NCBI GenBank assembly: GCA_963745835.1
Contig: CAVUZH010000021.1
Location: 1-25,167, forward strand
Reading direction: 5' to 3'
Origin: an uncultured delta proteobacterium
GTDB lineage: Bacteria > Desulfobacterota > Binatia > UBA9968
Length of the DNA stretch: 25,167 bases
In this document: piece by piece, positions 1 through 8,954 of the stretch
Position numbering within the stretch: the first letter of the stretch is position 1
How the letters are laid out: each line of letters opens with the position of its first letter
Made by a program: the position numbers and the translations under genes
The notes under the pieces: model-generated
Databases searched by the model: none
Told to the model about the DNA's origin: nothing
Seen by the model: the letters and a program-made list of their open reading frames with translations, nothing else

Positions 1-135
1 TTCATGATGACCGGACTTATACGGTAGGCACGACGGAAATCTGTAGGAATGTGTGGTCCGATTTACCATTTTGACATGATCGCTTCGTAGTAGGCGATCC
101 CGATTCCCATAATCATTCTGAGCACGCTTGCACAC

Positions 136-1590
136 CTAGCTGCGTTGAAGGAGCGGTCGCAGTCGGCGGATGTCCGTTACTTTTTCGATCTCATAGATCG
201 AATTGATCAGCCGCTCCGATTTCTCGCGTCCCAGGAGCGGAGCGATGAGATCGCGCGCTTTGTCGATCACTTCGGCTCGTGACATCGGATTGCGCGGGGT
301 GCCACGCACGGCTGTGACGCGCTCCGAGCGAAGGGTTCCGTCGGTCAGCTCGATCTCGACGACGGCCACACGCACCGGCAGAAACTCGACGAGCTGTTCG
401 TCGTGTACCAGGTTCACTTTCGCACGTGCGCGCAGGGCGGCAGCGTCCTGCATGCGCGACTTGTCGTGCGCAGCATGGAAAGAGACTGTTTTGTCGAGCA
501 GCATGACGGCGACCAGATGCTGCAGGCATATGTCGGGCATCTCACGGTCATCGACGACCCTGGCGACCGAAGGAGCCAGGCGCACGGTCACGCGCCGTAC
601 CTGCTCGGCCTCGAAGGGCTGCTTCCGGAGAATCGCGTCGATGGCGTCGAGCGGCCCCTGGATTGGCGAGCCGACGGTCCATTTTTTTATGTCGCTTTCC
701 GCAATCTCGAAGCGCTCGCCGAGTCTGTCGATGAGTCGCGCGGGCTGTGCCTTCGGCGCGTAGGCCTGGAAGTAGTTGTCCGCGCCTGAAAAAATGTCGT
801 CGACACCGGTCCAGCCCGATCGCACGACCAATGCCGAGGTTACGCCGTTTCGCGCGGGCATCCCGCCGAAGACGAACGCCTTCTCGATGTGGTGGGTGTC
901 GCGCCGCCATGCGATGATGCCCGAGGATTGCTGCGCGCTGTAATCGAGCACCCAACGCATCTGGCGCGCATCCAGACCCGCGATACATGCCGCGGCGGCG
1001 CCGGCGCCGAACGTGCCGGCCATGCTGTGGGTAGACAAACTGCTCTCGTAGCTCAACTCGAAGCCGCCCATGGCCATCAGCACGCGTGTGCCGACGTCGT
1101 AGCCGAGCGTCACGGCACGCAGGAAGCGAGCCCCGTCGACGCCGAATTCCTCGCCGGCGGCAAGGGCCGCAGGCACGACTGCACAGCCGGGATGGGAACG
1201 CGACGCGTTGTGCGAGTCGTCGGTCTCGTCCGCATGAGCCATGACGCCGTTGGCAAGCGCGGCATCGATCGGTGCAGCCGTGAGCCGCGTGCCCACAATC
1301 GTCGCCGCGCCTTTCCCGGCGTGCGAGCCGATGTAGCGCAGCGCGGCTTGGCCGGGCAGCAACTCGGACCCCGAGATCATCGATGCCAGAGAATCGAGCA
1401 GGTGATGCTTGGCGTGTTCCGCGGCTTCAGCCGGGAGCACGCCCGCCCCGGCAGCGCTCATGTATGCGCTGAGCACGCTCATCTCCCCGCCTGGGTTCGC
1501 CGCTGTCGCAGAGCTTGGGTCGAGGACGTTGCTTTGATTCAAGTTTGCCTCCGATGGCCGAACTACGCTGGCTGCGGTGGACGCGTGCAT
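136..1590 (-). CDS. MmgE/PrpD family protein (2-methylcitrate dehydratase / IDS-epimerase fold)
   Basis: Family motifs AALANGVMAHADETDDSH, HPG, A(V)TLGYDV, FG-A-AA, KAFVFGG-PARNG and C-terminal RGTPRNPM. Start uncertain: ATG 1590, ATG 1482, or 1602 as in the ORF track. Confidence 0.88.
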   Translation of the reverse strand: MHASTAASVVRPSEANLNQSNVLDPSSATAANPGGEMSVLSAYMSAAGAGVLPAEAAEHAKHHLLDSLASMISGSELLPGQAALRYIGSHAGKGAATIVGTRLTAAPIDAALANGVMAHADETDDSHNASRSHPGCAVVPAALAAGEEFGVDGARFLRAVTLGYDVGTRVLMAMGGFELSYESSLSTHSMAGTFGAGAAAACIAGLDARQMRWVLDYSAQQSSGIIAWRRDTHHIEKAFVFGGMPARNGVTSALVVRSGWTGVDDIFSGADNYFQAYAPKAQPARLIDRLGERFEIAESDIKKWTVGSPIQGPLDAIDAILRKQPFEAEQVRRVTVRLAPSVARVVDDREMPDICLQHLVAVMLLDKTVSFHAAHDKSRMQDAAALRARAKVNLVHDEQLVEFLPVRVAVVEIELTDGTLRSERVTAVRGTPRNPMSRAEVIDKARDLIAPLLGREKSERLINSIYEIEKVTDIRRLRPLLQRS

Positions 1591-1816
1591 ACGTCGAAGC
1601 ACACGATCTCATTGATGCACGCGATGAGACGTGAGGGTTAGACTTGTTTTGACACCTTCTCTCGCGTTCGCTTCGATGCTCGACCACCATCATAACTTTA
1701 AGCTCTTCAGCCATGAGTCTAGAATTATAGGGCCAGGCCTGAGTTATTGACTTATTAACCTCACCACTTATGAGCTCTCTGCTAGAGTCGAAGAGTCCGC
1801 CGACCACAAATGTTGA

Positions 1817-1850
1817 CTGTGAACTCTGTGAACACGGCGGCTCTGTGGTG
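1817..1850. repeat. Degenerate 8-9 bp tandem array (ctgtgaact|ctgtgaaca|cggcggct|ctgtggtg)
   Basis: Read directly; lies just past the stop codon of the small basic ORF. Confidence 0.5.
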
Positions 1851-1862
1851 CAAATGCTGATG

Positions 1863-2015
1863 CTACTTTCGTGATTGTCTGACTTTCGCGGCTTGCTTGC
1901 CGAGAGCTTGACGGGTTTTCTTCGGGAGGTGTTTCAGGGTTTGCTTGCGCTTGGCGGCTTTGATCGCCTTTTTGATGTTTTTCTTGGCTGCTCTGCGTTG
2001 TTTTTGAGAGGCCAT
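1863..2015 (-). CDS. Small Lys/Arg-rich hypothetical protein (50 aa)
   Basis: ATG at 2015 preceded by a strong RBS (aggagg). MASQKQRRAAKKNIKKAIKAAKRKQTLKHLPKKTRQALGKQAAKVRQSRK has 14 K, 6 R and no D/E. Confidence 0.75.
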   Translation of the reverse strand: MASQKQRRAAKKNIKKAIKAAKRKQTLKHLPKKTRQALGKQAAKVRQSRK

Positions 2016-2309
2016 AACTGATTTCCTCCTTGAGATCCGGACTGCACAGACGAACAGGCCCTGCAAGGCGAGTTCGAGTTGGACCGCGCTATGATATTAG
2101 GTTTACAAGATTTCGCTCCGATACAGACAAGTTGAGCGGGTCACGCGTCGCGCGGGCTCAGGTCTTGTAGTGCAACATTCCGATGACAAGCAGTGTCCGT
2201 TAGGCGATACCTTAGAGTTGAATTTGCCGTTGCGCTCTATTGACTGACCAGACATGTCGTTTGCTCACTGACCTGATTACGGTTTCCCTAGATCGGGTAC
2301 TGTAAGGTC

Positions 2310-3038
2310 CTAAGGTAATTCCTCCAGTAATCGGCTCGCTCCCTTCAACGGATTTTTGACTCTCAAAAGCTTTTGCACGTACCAAACCCGGGCGGCAACC
2401 GGATGAACCACGGGAACGCCCAGATCGTTTTCCGCCGCAATGATATCTTTGACACTCCAAGCGCCGGAGCCGAGCAAATAGATGCCCTGCGCCGTCGGAA
2501 ATTTGTTGAATGACGCTTTGAGATGCTGATAGATCGTCTCGGTAGAAATTTTGTCCGCCTCGTCCGGTGACGTGTCCATGCCCTCCATGCCCAGAACCTC
2601 GAATCCAGCGTCAGTAAAATAGCGGGTAAAGATATCGTTCATCTTCTGATCGCGGTAGTAGGTGCAACCGACAAATTTCTTGATACCCAAGGCACGTAGT
2701 GCCTGGGCCTGTGACATGCCGGAGGTGAAGATCGGCACTTTATATTGGGCCTCCCATCCGCCGACGATCTCTTGCTCCGCCTTATGGCCGCGCACCATGA
2801 ACGGCGGGCCCCCTTCGGGATGCATCAAATCGACGCCGATCTCCGCCAGCTCGGCCATCTTAGCGTGGTAGGTTTCCATCGCACTTAGATAACCGCGTTC
2901 CGAATGTTCCTTGATGCCGGCGTACATCGGGATGCAGCCGACGCCTTCCGGAAGAAGTCGGATAAACTCCACTAACGATCCTGAACTATAAGTGGGCTTT
3001 ATCACCCCAACGATTCCGCGCCATGTGCCGGAAGCCAT
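2310..3038 (-). CDS. Maleate cis-trans isomerase / arylmalonate decarboxylase (Asp/Glu racemase superfamily) homolog
   Basis: ATG at 3038 with RBS gaggagg. Features IVGVIKP, PEGVG, VPIFTSG, ALRALGIKK, YFTDAGFEV and ENDLGVPVV are typical of the family. Confidence 0.8.
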   Translation of the reverse strand: MASGTWRGIVGVIKPTYSSGSLVEFIRLLPEGVGCIPMYAGIKEHSERGYLSAMETYHAKMAELAEIGVDLMHPEGGPPFMVRGHKAEQEIVGGWEAQYKVPIFTSGMSQAQALRALGIKKFVGCTYYRDQKMNDIFTRYFTDAGFEVLGMEGMDTSPDEADKISTETIYQHLKASFNKFPTAQGIYLLGSGAWSVKDIIAAENDLGVPVVHPVAARVWYVQKLLRVKNPLKGASRLLEELP

Positions 3039-3293
3039 ATGCACCTCCTCTAACAGGCTGCTGAAAAGGATCCATATATGCGTCGTTGCGCTCAATCGTC
3101 TCGCTGCAACGTACTGTAAGTACGCCTCCTCGTCGATTTTTGCGCGTCTCGGCTCTAGATCCTTTGAGCAGCCTGCAACCAAGTTTTCAGGAACCTGCTA
3201 GGTCGGATTCTCAGCCGGTTGCGATACTATTCGAACCCGCGAAGCAAACGCAAGTACGAGAAAACGAGAAGGGTCACTGATCGTTGGCCCGTT

Positions 3294-3360
3294 GCCTTGT
3301 CTTTGTAGGTCCGGACCCAAATGAATTCGTTCTGCGGCCGATTCACCCGGCGTCGACAAT
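3294..3360 (-). pseudogene. Gene remnant, NIPSNAP-like fragment (copy 1)
   Basis: Minus strand reads IVDA/(1-bp shift)VNRPQNEFIWVRTYKDKA. Near-identical DNA at 20527-20576. Family assignment is from memory of NIPSNAP-like F-I/V-W-x-R segments. Confidence 0.45.
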
Positions 3361-3428
3361 GCAGTGCTTTAAAAAATATCGATCTCAATTCGTGTAAATA
3401 GAAATCGGCGATATCGTGTTCTACTAAA

Positions 3429-4424
3429 TTATTTCATCAGCCCCGCGGCGCGCAGATATTGGAGGTCGACGAATCGTTCTACGGCGGGCATCGGTGGTTT
3501 CACCTCGCCGGCTTCCGCCATTACTTGAATCACCTGATTGAAGCCTTCCATATCGATTTCCGCCTGTTTGGGCACGACGCCACGGTCCGGGTCGAAGTAG
3601 AGGGACAATGTCTGGCGCGCAATCGCTTCGCTCGATCCCGTGGTGTCGACGACCATTTTGATGACTTCCTCGCGGTTGGCCGAATCCCGCATGAAGCGAA
3701 ACGAGGCGCCGAGGCCGCGCACATAGCGAACGAGCGCGTCCTTATTCTTTTCCGCCCAGGACTTTCTTGCCGCGCTGACGATGAACTGAAAATTGGGCAT
3801 GGCATCGGTCGAAACACCCAAACGCCGATAGCCCTGTCCCATCAGCAGCAGATCTTCGGGCTGACCTAGCGGTACGGCATCGCATTCGCCTTTGCGCAGG
3901 CATTCCGACCGCGCCGGCGTGCCGACGAGTTCTTTAAGTTTGAAGTCGGACTCGATAACGCCGTTCATCGCCATGAGCTTGCGCGTCGAAATGGAGATCG
4001 TATCGACCGCCAGTGAAAGGCCCACGGTTTTTCCCTTCAACTCGGCAAATGATTTGATCTCCGGCTTGACGATCAGACTGTAGATCGGCGTCGCCGTCTC
4101 GCCGGCGATGGCGACACCATCGGAACCTTTGAGCACGGACTGAATAAGATAGGGTGTGGCGGTGCGGGTGATGTCGACTTTGCCGTCGTTGAGCGCGACC
4201 ATCATGTTGTCGGCGCCGCCTTGGATTGGCATGAGATTGAGTTGGATGCCTTCGCGCTCGAACAAACCTTTGCGTTGGCCGATTACGAACTGGACAGCGG
4301 ATACGGTCTTGATCGATGAGGGAATTTGGCCGTAACGGACCGTGACGCTCTGTGCGAAGAGCGATGATTTGATGTACATGGGCAAGACTAAAATGCCGAG
4401 TACCGTAAATATCTTGCCGGTCAT
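3429..4424 (-). CDS. ABC-type substrate-binding protein, SsuA/TauA/NMT1-THI5 family
   Basis: ATG at 4424 with RBS ggagga and signal-like N-terminus ending FAQ. Motifs KGLFEREGI, ALNDGKVD, IKSFAELKGKTVG and C-terminal FVDLQYL. Confidence 0.88.
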   Translation of the reverse strand: MTGKIFTVLGILVLPMYIKSSLFAQSVTVRYGQIPSSIKTVSAVQFVIGQRKGLFEREGIQLNLMPIQGGADNMMVALNDGKVDITRTATPYLIQSVLKGSDGVAIAGETATPIYSLIVKPEIKSFAELKGKTVGLSLAVDTISISTRKLMAMNGVIESDFKLKELVGTPARSECLRKGECDAVPLGQPEDLLLMGQGYRRLGVSTDAMPNFQFIVSAARKSWAEKNKDALVRYVRGLGASFRFMRDSANREEVIKMVVDTTGSSEAIARQTLSLYFDPDRGVVPKQAEIDMEGFNQVIQVMAEAGEVKPPMPAVERFVDLQYLRAAGLMK

Positions 4425-4979
4425 ATTAGATCCTCCTGCCAACTGATGTGATTTGCCCAACGACTGCCACGAGCGAGAGGCGTGACGATTCCTGACACAG
4501 GTAGACTGTTACTAAGAGATATCAGCCGTCACCCACGACGCTCGGGCGTGCACGGCATACAGTCATCTACCTCCGTGCATGCTCATTAGGCAAACGGAAA
4601 TAAGCAGTCCAATTTTATCTTCTCTGTCCAGATCCGCGCATGACACGCACCACCCAGAGACATCACGGTAATTTTGCGCGGCTACCATGGCAGCAGATCT
4701 CGCTATGTCTACATTGAATAAGCATCTAGGCGATTGTTGGTTTGACCGTCGGGCAACATTCTACCCTAGAACATAAGTAATCACCTTCCAGCGGCTTAAC
4801 CGCGGGCATTAGATAATCGTGTAGTGTTGCTTCTCAAGCGCCGGATCTTTCCATGTTCCGGCGATTACGTGATTGACGGTGGCGTCTCGTTTCGATCTAC
4901 GAAAACTTTGCGGGTCTTCTATTCCGAGCCGTGTTGATTAGAGGCTCAAAAGTAAAGAGCGGTCGGTAGCAAATTTTTT

Positions 4980-5036
4980 CATTGACTGCGATCCAGTTTC
5001 AATGCATTGACTTGGCGGCCTGGCGAAACCATTGAC
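4980..5036 (+). promoter_or_regulatory. Three CATTGAC direct repeats at 25-bp period plus TCAATGCATTGA palindrome upstream of an SBP gene
   Basis: CATTGAC at 4980, 5005 and 5030; perfect 12-bp palindrome at 4999-5010. Confidence 0.45.
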
Positions 5037-5083
5037 ATCGCTCTCGCCTCGATGGAAAGATCCCCACGAAGGGAGCTATCAAA

Positions 5084-6055
5084 ATGAAGACCCTGCTCAT
5101 CGCGCTATTTTTTATTGCTTCGTTTTGCAACAATTCTGCCCGCGCGCAGCTCAAAATGACCGTCGGCCAGGCGGGCATCAATCCCGGCACCAGCCTTTAT
5201 TTCATCGCCCAAAAAGAAAAACTCTTCGCCAAGCATGGGGTCGAAGTAAACATCGTTGCGACCACCACTACTGCGGCGGTGCAAGGCATGCTCGGTGGCA
5301 GCCTGCATTTGACCCTCGGCGCCGGCCCGGCGTTTATAGCGGCAACATTGGAAGGGTCGCCGCCGTTTGCAGTGATCTCTTCTTGGGTGAACGTTTTTCC
5401 CTATTACATCGTGGCGCGCAAGGAAATCGCTGAGATCGGCGATCTCAAGGGCAAGACCGGCCAAGTGGGCGCCACCTTCGGATCGGCGCCCGACGTGGCC
5501 CTGCGCTTCGGCTTGAGCAAGCTCGGTTTGAATCCGGAAAAAGATGTTAAGCTCATTCAGATGCCGAGACCCGATTGGATCAACGTCATCGGACAACTCG
5601 AGCAAGGCGACGTGCAGTTTTCTGTGCTTCCGCCTCCCTACGACCGCATGGGCGCGTCAAAAGGCATCCACGCGCTTTACGCGCTGCCGGACCTCGGCAT
5701 TCAATGGCAACAAAACGGCGAATGGGTCTTGAAATCCTATGCGGCGAAAAACCGGGAGGTCTTGCTGCGCTTTGAACGCGCTTTGGGCGATGCCATGAAT
5801 GTGTATTTCAATCAGAAAGAAAAAACCCTCGGCTACCTCATCGAATTTCTCGGCAGCAAGCGCGATGACACCGAATATGCCTACGCGGCTTACGCCAAAT
5901 GGGCCGACCGAAATCCCAGGCCGACAACGGAATCGATCAAGAATACGCTAACAGCCATCGCCGCCACGACGCCGGCCGCGGCCAAGGCCGATCCGACGGC
6001 ATTTATCGACACCAGCTTCGTCGATCAGTTGCTGAAAGAAGGATATTTCAAATAA
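5084..6055 (+). CDS. ABC-type substrate-binding protein, SsuA/TauA/NMT1-THI5 family
   Basis: Signal peptide MKTLLIALFF...ARAQ and RBS ggag. Motifs LFAKHGVEV, DLKGKT, LGLNPEKDVKLI and FIDTSFVDQL. Confidence 0.9.
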   Translation: MKTLLIALFFIASFCNNSARAQLKMTVGQAGINPGTSLYFIAQKEKLFAKHGVEVNIVATTTTAAVQGMLGGSLHLTLGAGPAFIAATLEGSPPFAVISSWVNVFPYYIVARKEIAEIGDLKGKTGQVGATFGSAPDVALRFGLSKLGLNPEKDVKLIQMPRPDWINVIGQLEQGDVQFSVLPPPYDRMGASKGIHALYALPDLGIQWQQNGEWVLKSYAAKNREVLLRFERALGDAMNVYFNQKEKTLGYLIEFLGSKRDDTEYAYAAYAKWADRNPRPTTESIKNTLTAIAATTPAAAKADPTAFIDTSFVDQLLKEGYFK

Positions 6056-6259
6056 GAATCTGGCCAGGAAAAACCCGGCACAGAGCTCTGCCAATCCGGT
6101 TAAGTTGGAGAAGATTTGGATTGGAGTCAACACTCCGCGTACCCGGACGACTCGAAAAAAGTTTCGCTGAAATAGAAAAATTCCCTGCTTCCTCAGAGCC
6201 TAAGCAAACGATCGGCTTACGAAATCCAAAAAATCCGCATAAAAGGAAATCGTTCATTT

Positions 6260-6283
6260 CACTCCACTACTCCATCACACCAG
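6260..6283. repeat. Degenerate octamer tandem (cactccac|tactccat|cacaccag)
   Basis: Read directly; lies between the convergent SBP and MFS 3' ends. Confidence 0.5.
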
Positions 6284-6295
6284 CCTTTCCTTTCT

Positions 6296-7629
6296 TCACC
6301 GTATCGTCCGCGCCTTGGGATCGAAAATAAAGAGCGCCACCATGCAGAGCGTGCCGACGATGCTCATCGCCGCTGCGGCCCAGGGGGCTCCGATCGCCGA
6401 CGACAAGGCGCCGATGAGCATGCCACCAAGAAGCAATAGCACCTGATTCATGTGAAAGATCGCAATCGCCCGGCCGCGAAACTCAGGCGGGGAGTAACTT
6501 TGAATGACGGTTTGCACCAGCGCGTGGGAGCTCACGTGGCAAAGCCCGATGGCGGCCATCAAAACCATCGACAGCGAGAACCAGGGTGACGCGGAGAAGA
6601 CCACTACGAGCACGCCGTAAAGCATGACGCCCACCAGCATCATGATGCCGCGCGGCATACGGTCACCGAAGGTGGCGACGATCAGCGCGCTGCCGAACGC
6701 ACCGACGCCCATTGAAGTTAAAAGCAACCCCTGCCCTTGCGCTCCCACCTGGAGAAGGTCCGCGCGAAGATCGGTAACAGCGTCGAAAAAGGCACCATGA
6801 AAAGGGAGGCGACGATCACGATCAACAGGCTGCTGCGAACCTCATCCTTGCTCCAGGAAAATTTCCACCCCGACACGATGCTGCGCGCGAAGGATTCGCC
6901 CGGGCCGCCATGACCGTGTCGCGCCGCGGCAGCGCGCCGCCCCGATACCATTTGCGTCGTCCAGATGGTCGCGAGAATAAAAAACAGACCTTGGACCCCG
7001 TAGGCCACGCCGGTATTGAAAACAGCGATCAACAGGCCCGCCAAGGCCGGTCCGACGCTGCGCGCCATGTTGAAAACGACGGCGTTGAGTCCGATGGCGT
7101 TCGTCAGATTCTCCGGCGGCACGGTGTCGGAGATCATCGCGGCGCGGGAAGGCTGAAGAAACACTTGGACACAGGCCATGAGAACCGCGGTCAAATAGAC
7201 GTGCCACGGCTGAATAAGACCGAAAAGAATCAGCGCTGCCGTGGCGGTGAAAATAAATCCGTTTGCGAACTGCGCCGTCACCACCAGGAACTTGCGGGAA
7301 TAGCGGTCGGCGACGCTGCCGGCGATGGGCGATAAGAACAAAAACGGGATCGCCTGAATGCCGCGCACCAGACCCAGTTGCAGCGCGGAGTCGGTCAATT
7401 GATAGATCAACCAGCCGCGCGTCACCTGATCCATCCAGACGGCGAGAGACGCGAATACCTGGCTGTACCACAGCAAACGGTACTCGCGATGGCGCAGCGC
7501 CTCGAATGCGCGCAGCCGGACGAGTAAGCGGATTAGATAACTGAGCGGCTTTTCAGTCTCGGGACGGGTGCTTTGGCCGGACGGAACATCGGCCGGTTCT
7601 CGGTGACTCAATGGCGATGGCAACTCCAA
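6296..7629 (-). pseudogene. MFS transporter (EntS/DUF894-like) split by a 1-bp frameshift near 6760
   Basis: The 6718-7629 ORF has motif A GSVADRYSRK and N-half helices; the 6296-6748 ORF has C-half helices and PPEFRGR. Restoring one base in ttc gcg cg_ gac ctt gives ...LLPIFARDLLQVGAQGQGLLL. Start uncertain. May be a sequencing error. Confidence 0.85.
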
Positions 7630-7868
7630 ACTGGCAGAAGGAGACGAGAAGGCTCGATGACCCTAACGCCGGGCATAAAGTGATTTTATTCGTATAACAC
7701 GCGGCGGCAAAGCAGGTCCAGTTGCGGGCAATCGACTTACGAAGTGACGTGGGGACGTAGCTACAACATCAAAAATAAGCCAATGCAGCATTCAGCGCAG
7801 CGTCCAAATAAAATGACCGCTTCACTTGCTCCCTATTCGTGACCCTCTTCTACTCGTTCTCACTTGTC

Positions 7869-8858
7869 CTACCTTAGAGATCTCTTCTTAGAAATCCTTC
7901 TACGGCCACTTGAACGTATCCGACTAATCTTGCCGTTTGACTGGATCAGTTCCGAGACCGACGAGACGGACTGCAGCTTGCGCAGAAACTCCAAAAAAGT
8001 AAGCGCCAGTCGGGAGAGATGCTTGTCCTTGTGATAGATAATGTAAACGGGGTATTGAAGATCAATGCCATCAATCTTCTTTGTCGTCAGGATTCCGGCA
8101 TTGGATTCTAGCTCGACGGCCGATCTCGGCATGATCGTTAGTCCAAATCCGGCGGCCAATGCCGCTTTAATGGCCTCGCGCGACCCCAAGGTAACATAAT
8201 CCGTAATGACGACCCCCTTTCGCTGAAGAGCGTCATCGACAAATTTCGCGACGCGACCCGTGTAAGGCAGCAGAAAAGGCTCGGAGAGAATTTCTTCAGG
8301 AAGCAATTTGTCTTTTCTCGCCAGACGATGCTCGGGCGTCAGCACGACCAGCAATTCTTCCTCATAATAATGTTCTCGCACGATAAATTTCGAGCTGACA
8401 TCTCCTCCTACAATCGCAAGGTCGACCTCATTGTCTAACACCCACTGTTCAACCTGACGGCTAAGAGCGGTCTTAACCACAATATTGGTTTCCGGATACT
8501 GCTTCTTGAAGAGCGCAAAAGCGAGAGGAAAGGTAGTTGAACTGGGAACTCTGCTCGCGCCAACTACCAGGTTTCCAATCTTGATTCCGCGCAGGTCTTC
8601 GAGATCGCTTTGAAGACTGGCAATCCAGCCCAGCATTTGCTTGGCATACGTCAAGACAAGCTGACCCTCCGTCGTGATGTGGGTACTTCGCCGCAACCTA
8701 TCGAACAGCCTGACACCGAGATCGCGCTCGAGTTTTTTGATTTGGATCGAGATCGACGGCTGCGTCATGCCAAGCACGGCCGCTGCTTTGGAAAAGTTTT
8801 TCTGCTCGGCAACCAACAGAAAAACTTTCAACTGATGAAGATTGATCTCGACGGCCAT
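7869..8858 (-). CDS. LysR-family transcriptional regulator (CysL/CbbR-like)
   Basis: HTH NLHQLKVF...NFSKAAAVLGMTQPSISIQIKKLERDLGVRLFDR. Substrate domain with EVDLAIV and EAIKAALAAGFGLTIMP. Divergent from the catabolic operon. Confidence 0.95.
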   Translation of the reverse strand: MAVEINLHQLKVFLLVAEQKNFSKAAAVLGMTQPSISIQIKKLERDLGVRLFDRLRRSTHITTEGQLVLTYAKQMLGWIASLQSDLEDLRGIKIGNLVVGASRVPSSTTFPLAFALFKKQYPETNIVVKTALSRQVEQWVLDNEVDLAIVGGDVSSKFIVREHYYEEELLVVLTPEHRLARKDKLLPEEILSEPFLLPYTGRVAKFVDDALQRKGVVITDYVTLGSREAIKAALAAGFGLTIMPRSAVELESNAGILTTKKIDGIDLQYPVYIIYHKDKHLSRLALTFLEFLRKLQSVSSVSELIQSNGKISRIRSSGRRRISKKRSLR

Positions 8859-8867
8859 AAACGTTTC

Positions 8868-8884
8868 TTTATGCAAAGGATAAA
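8868..8884. promoter_or_regulatory. Putative LysR binding box TTTAT-N7-ATAAA (T-N11-A)
   Basis: Inverted repeat tttat gcaaagg ataaa in the AT-rich divergent spacer. A TTGACG -35-like hexamer flanked by ATATAT follows at 8895-8900. Confidence 0.6.
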
Positions 8885-8954
8885 ATTAATATATTTGACG
8901 ATATATGCAAGCAATAGTAGAAGAGCATGAATAAAATTGGACAAGGAGGCTCCC

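Noticed and set aside
4980-5036. Mini-CRISPR interpretation of the periodic CATTGAC
   Set aside because: Repeat of 7 bp and spacer of 18 bp are too short, and there are no cas genes.
4425-5083. TPP riboswitch ahead of THI5/NMT1-like SBPs
   Set aside because: No CTGAGA...ACCTGA core noticed on either strand, and no thiamine genes.
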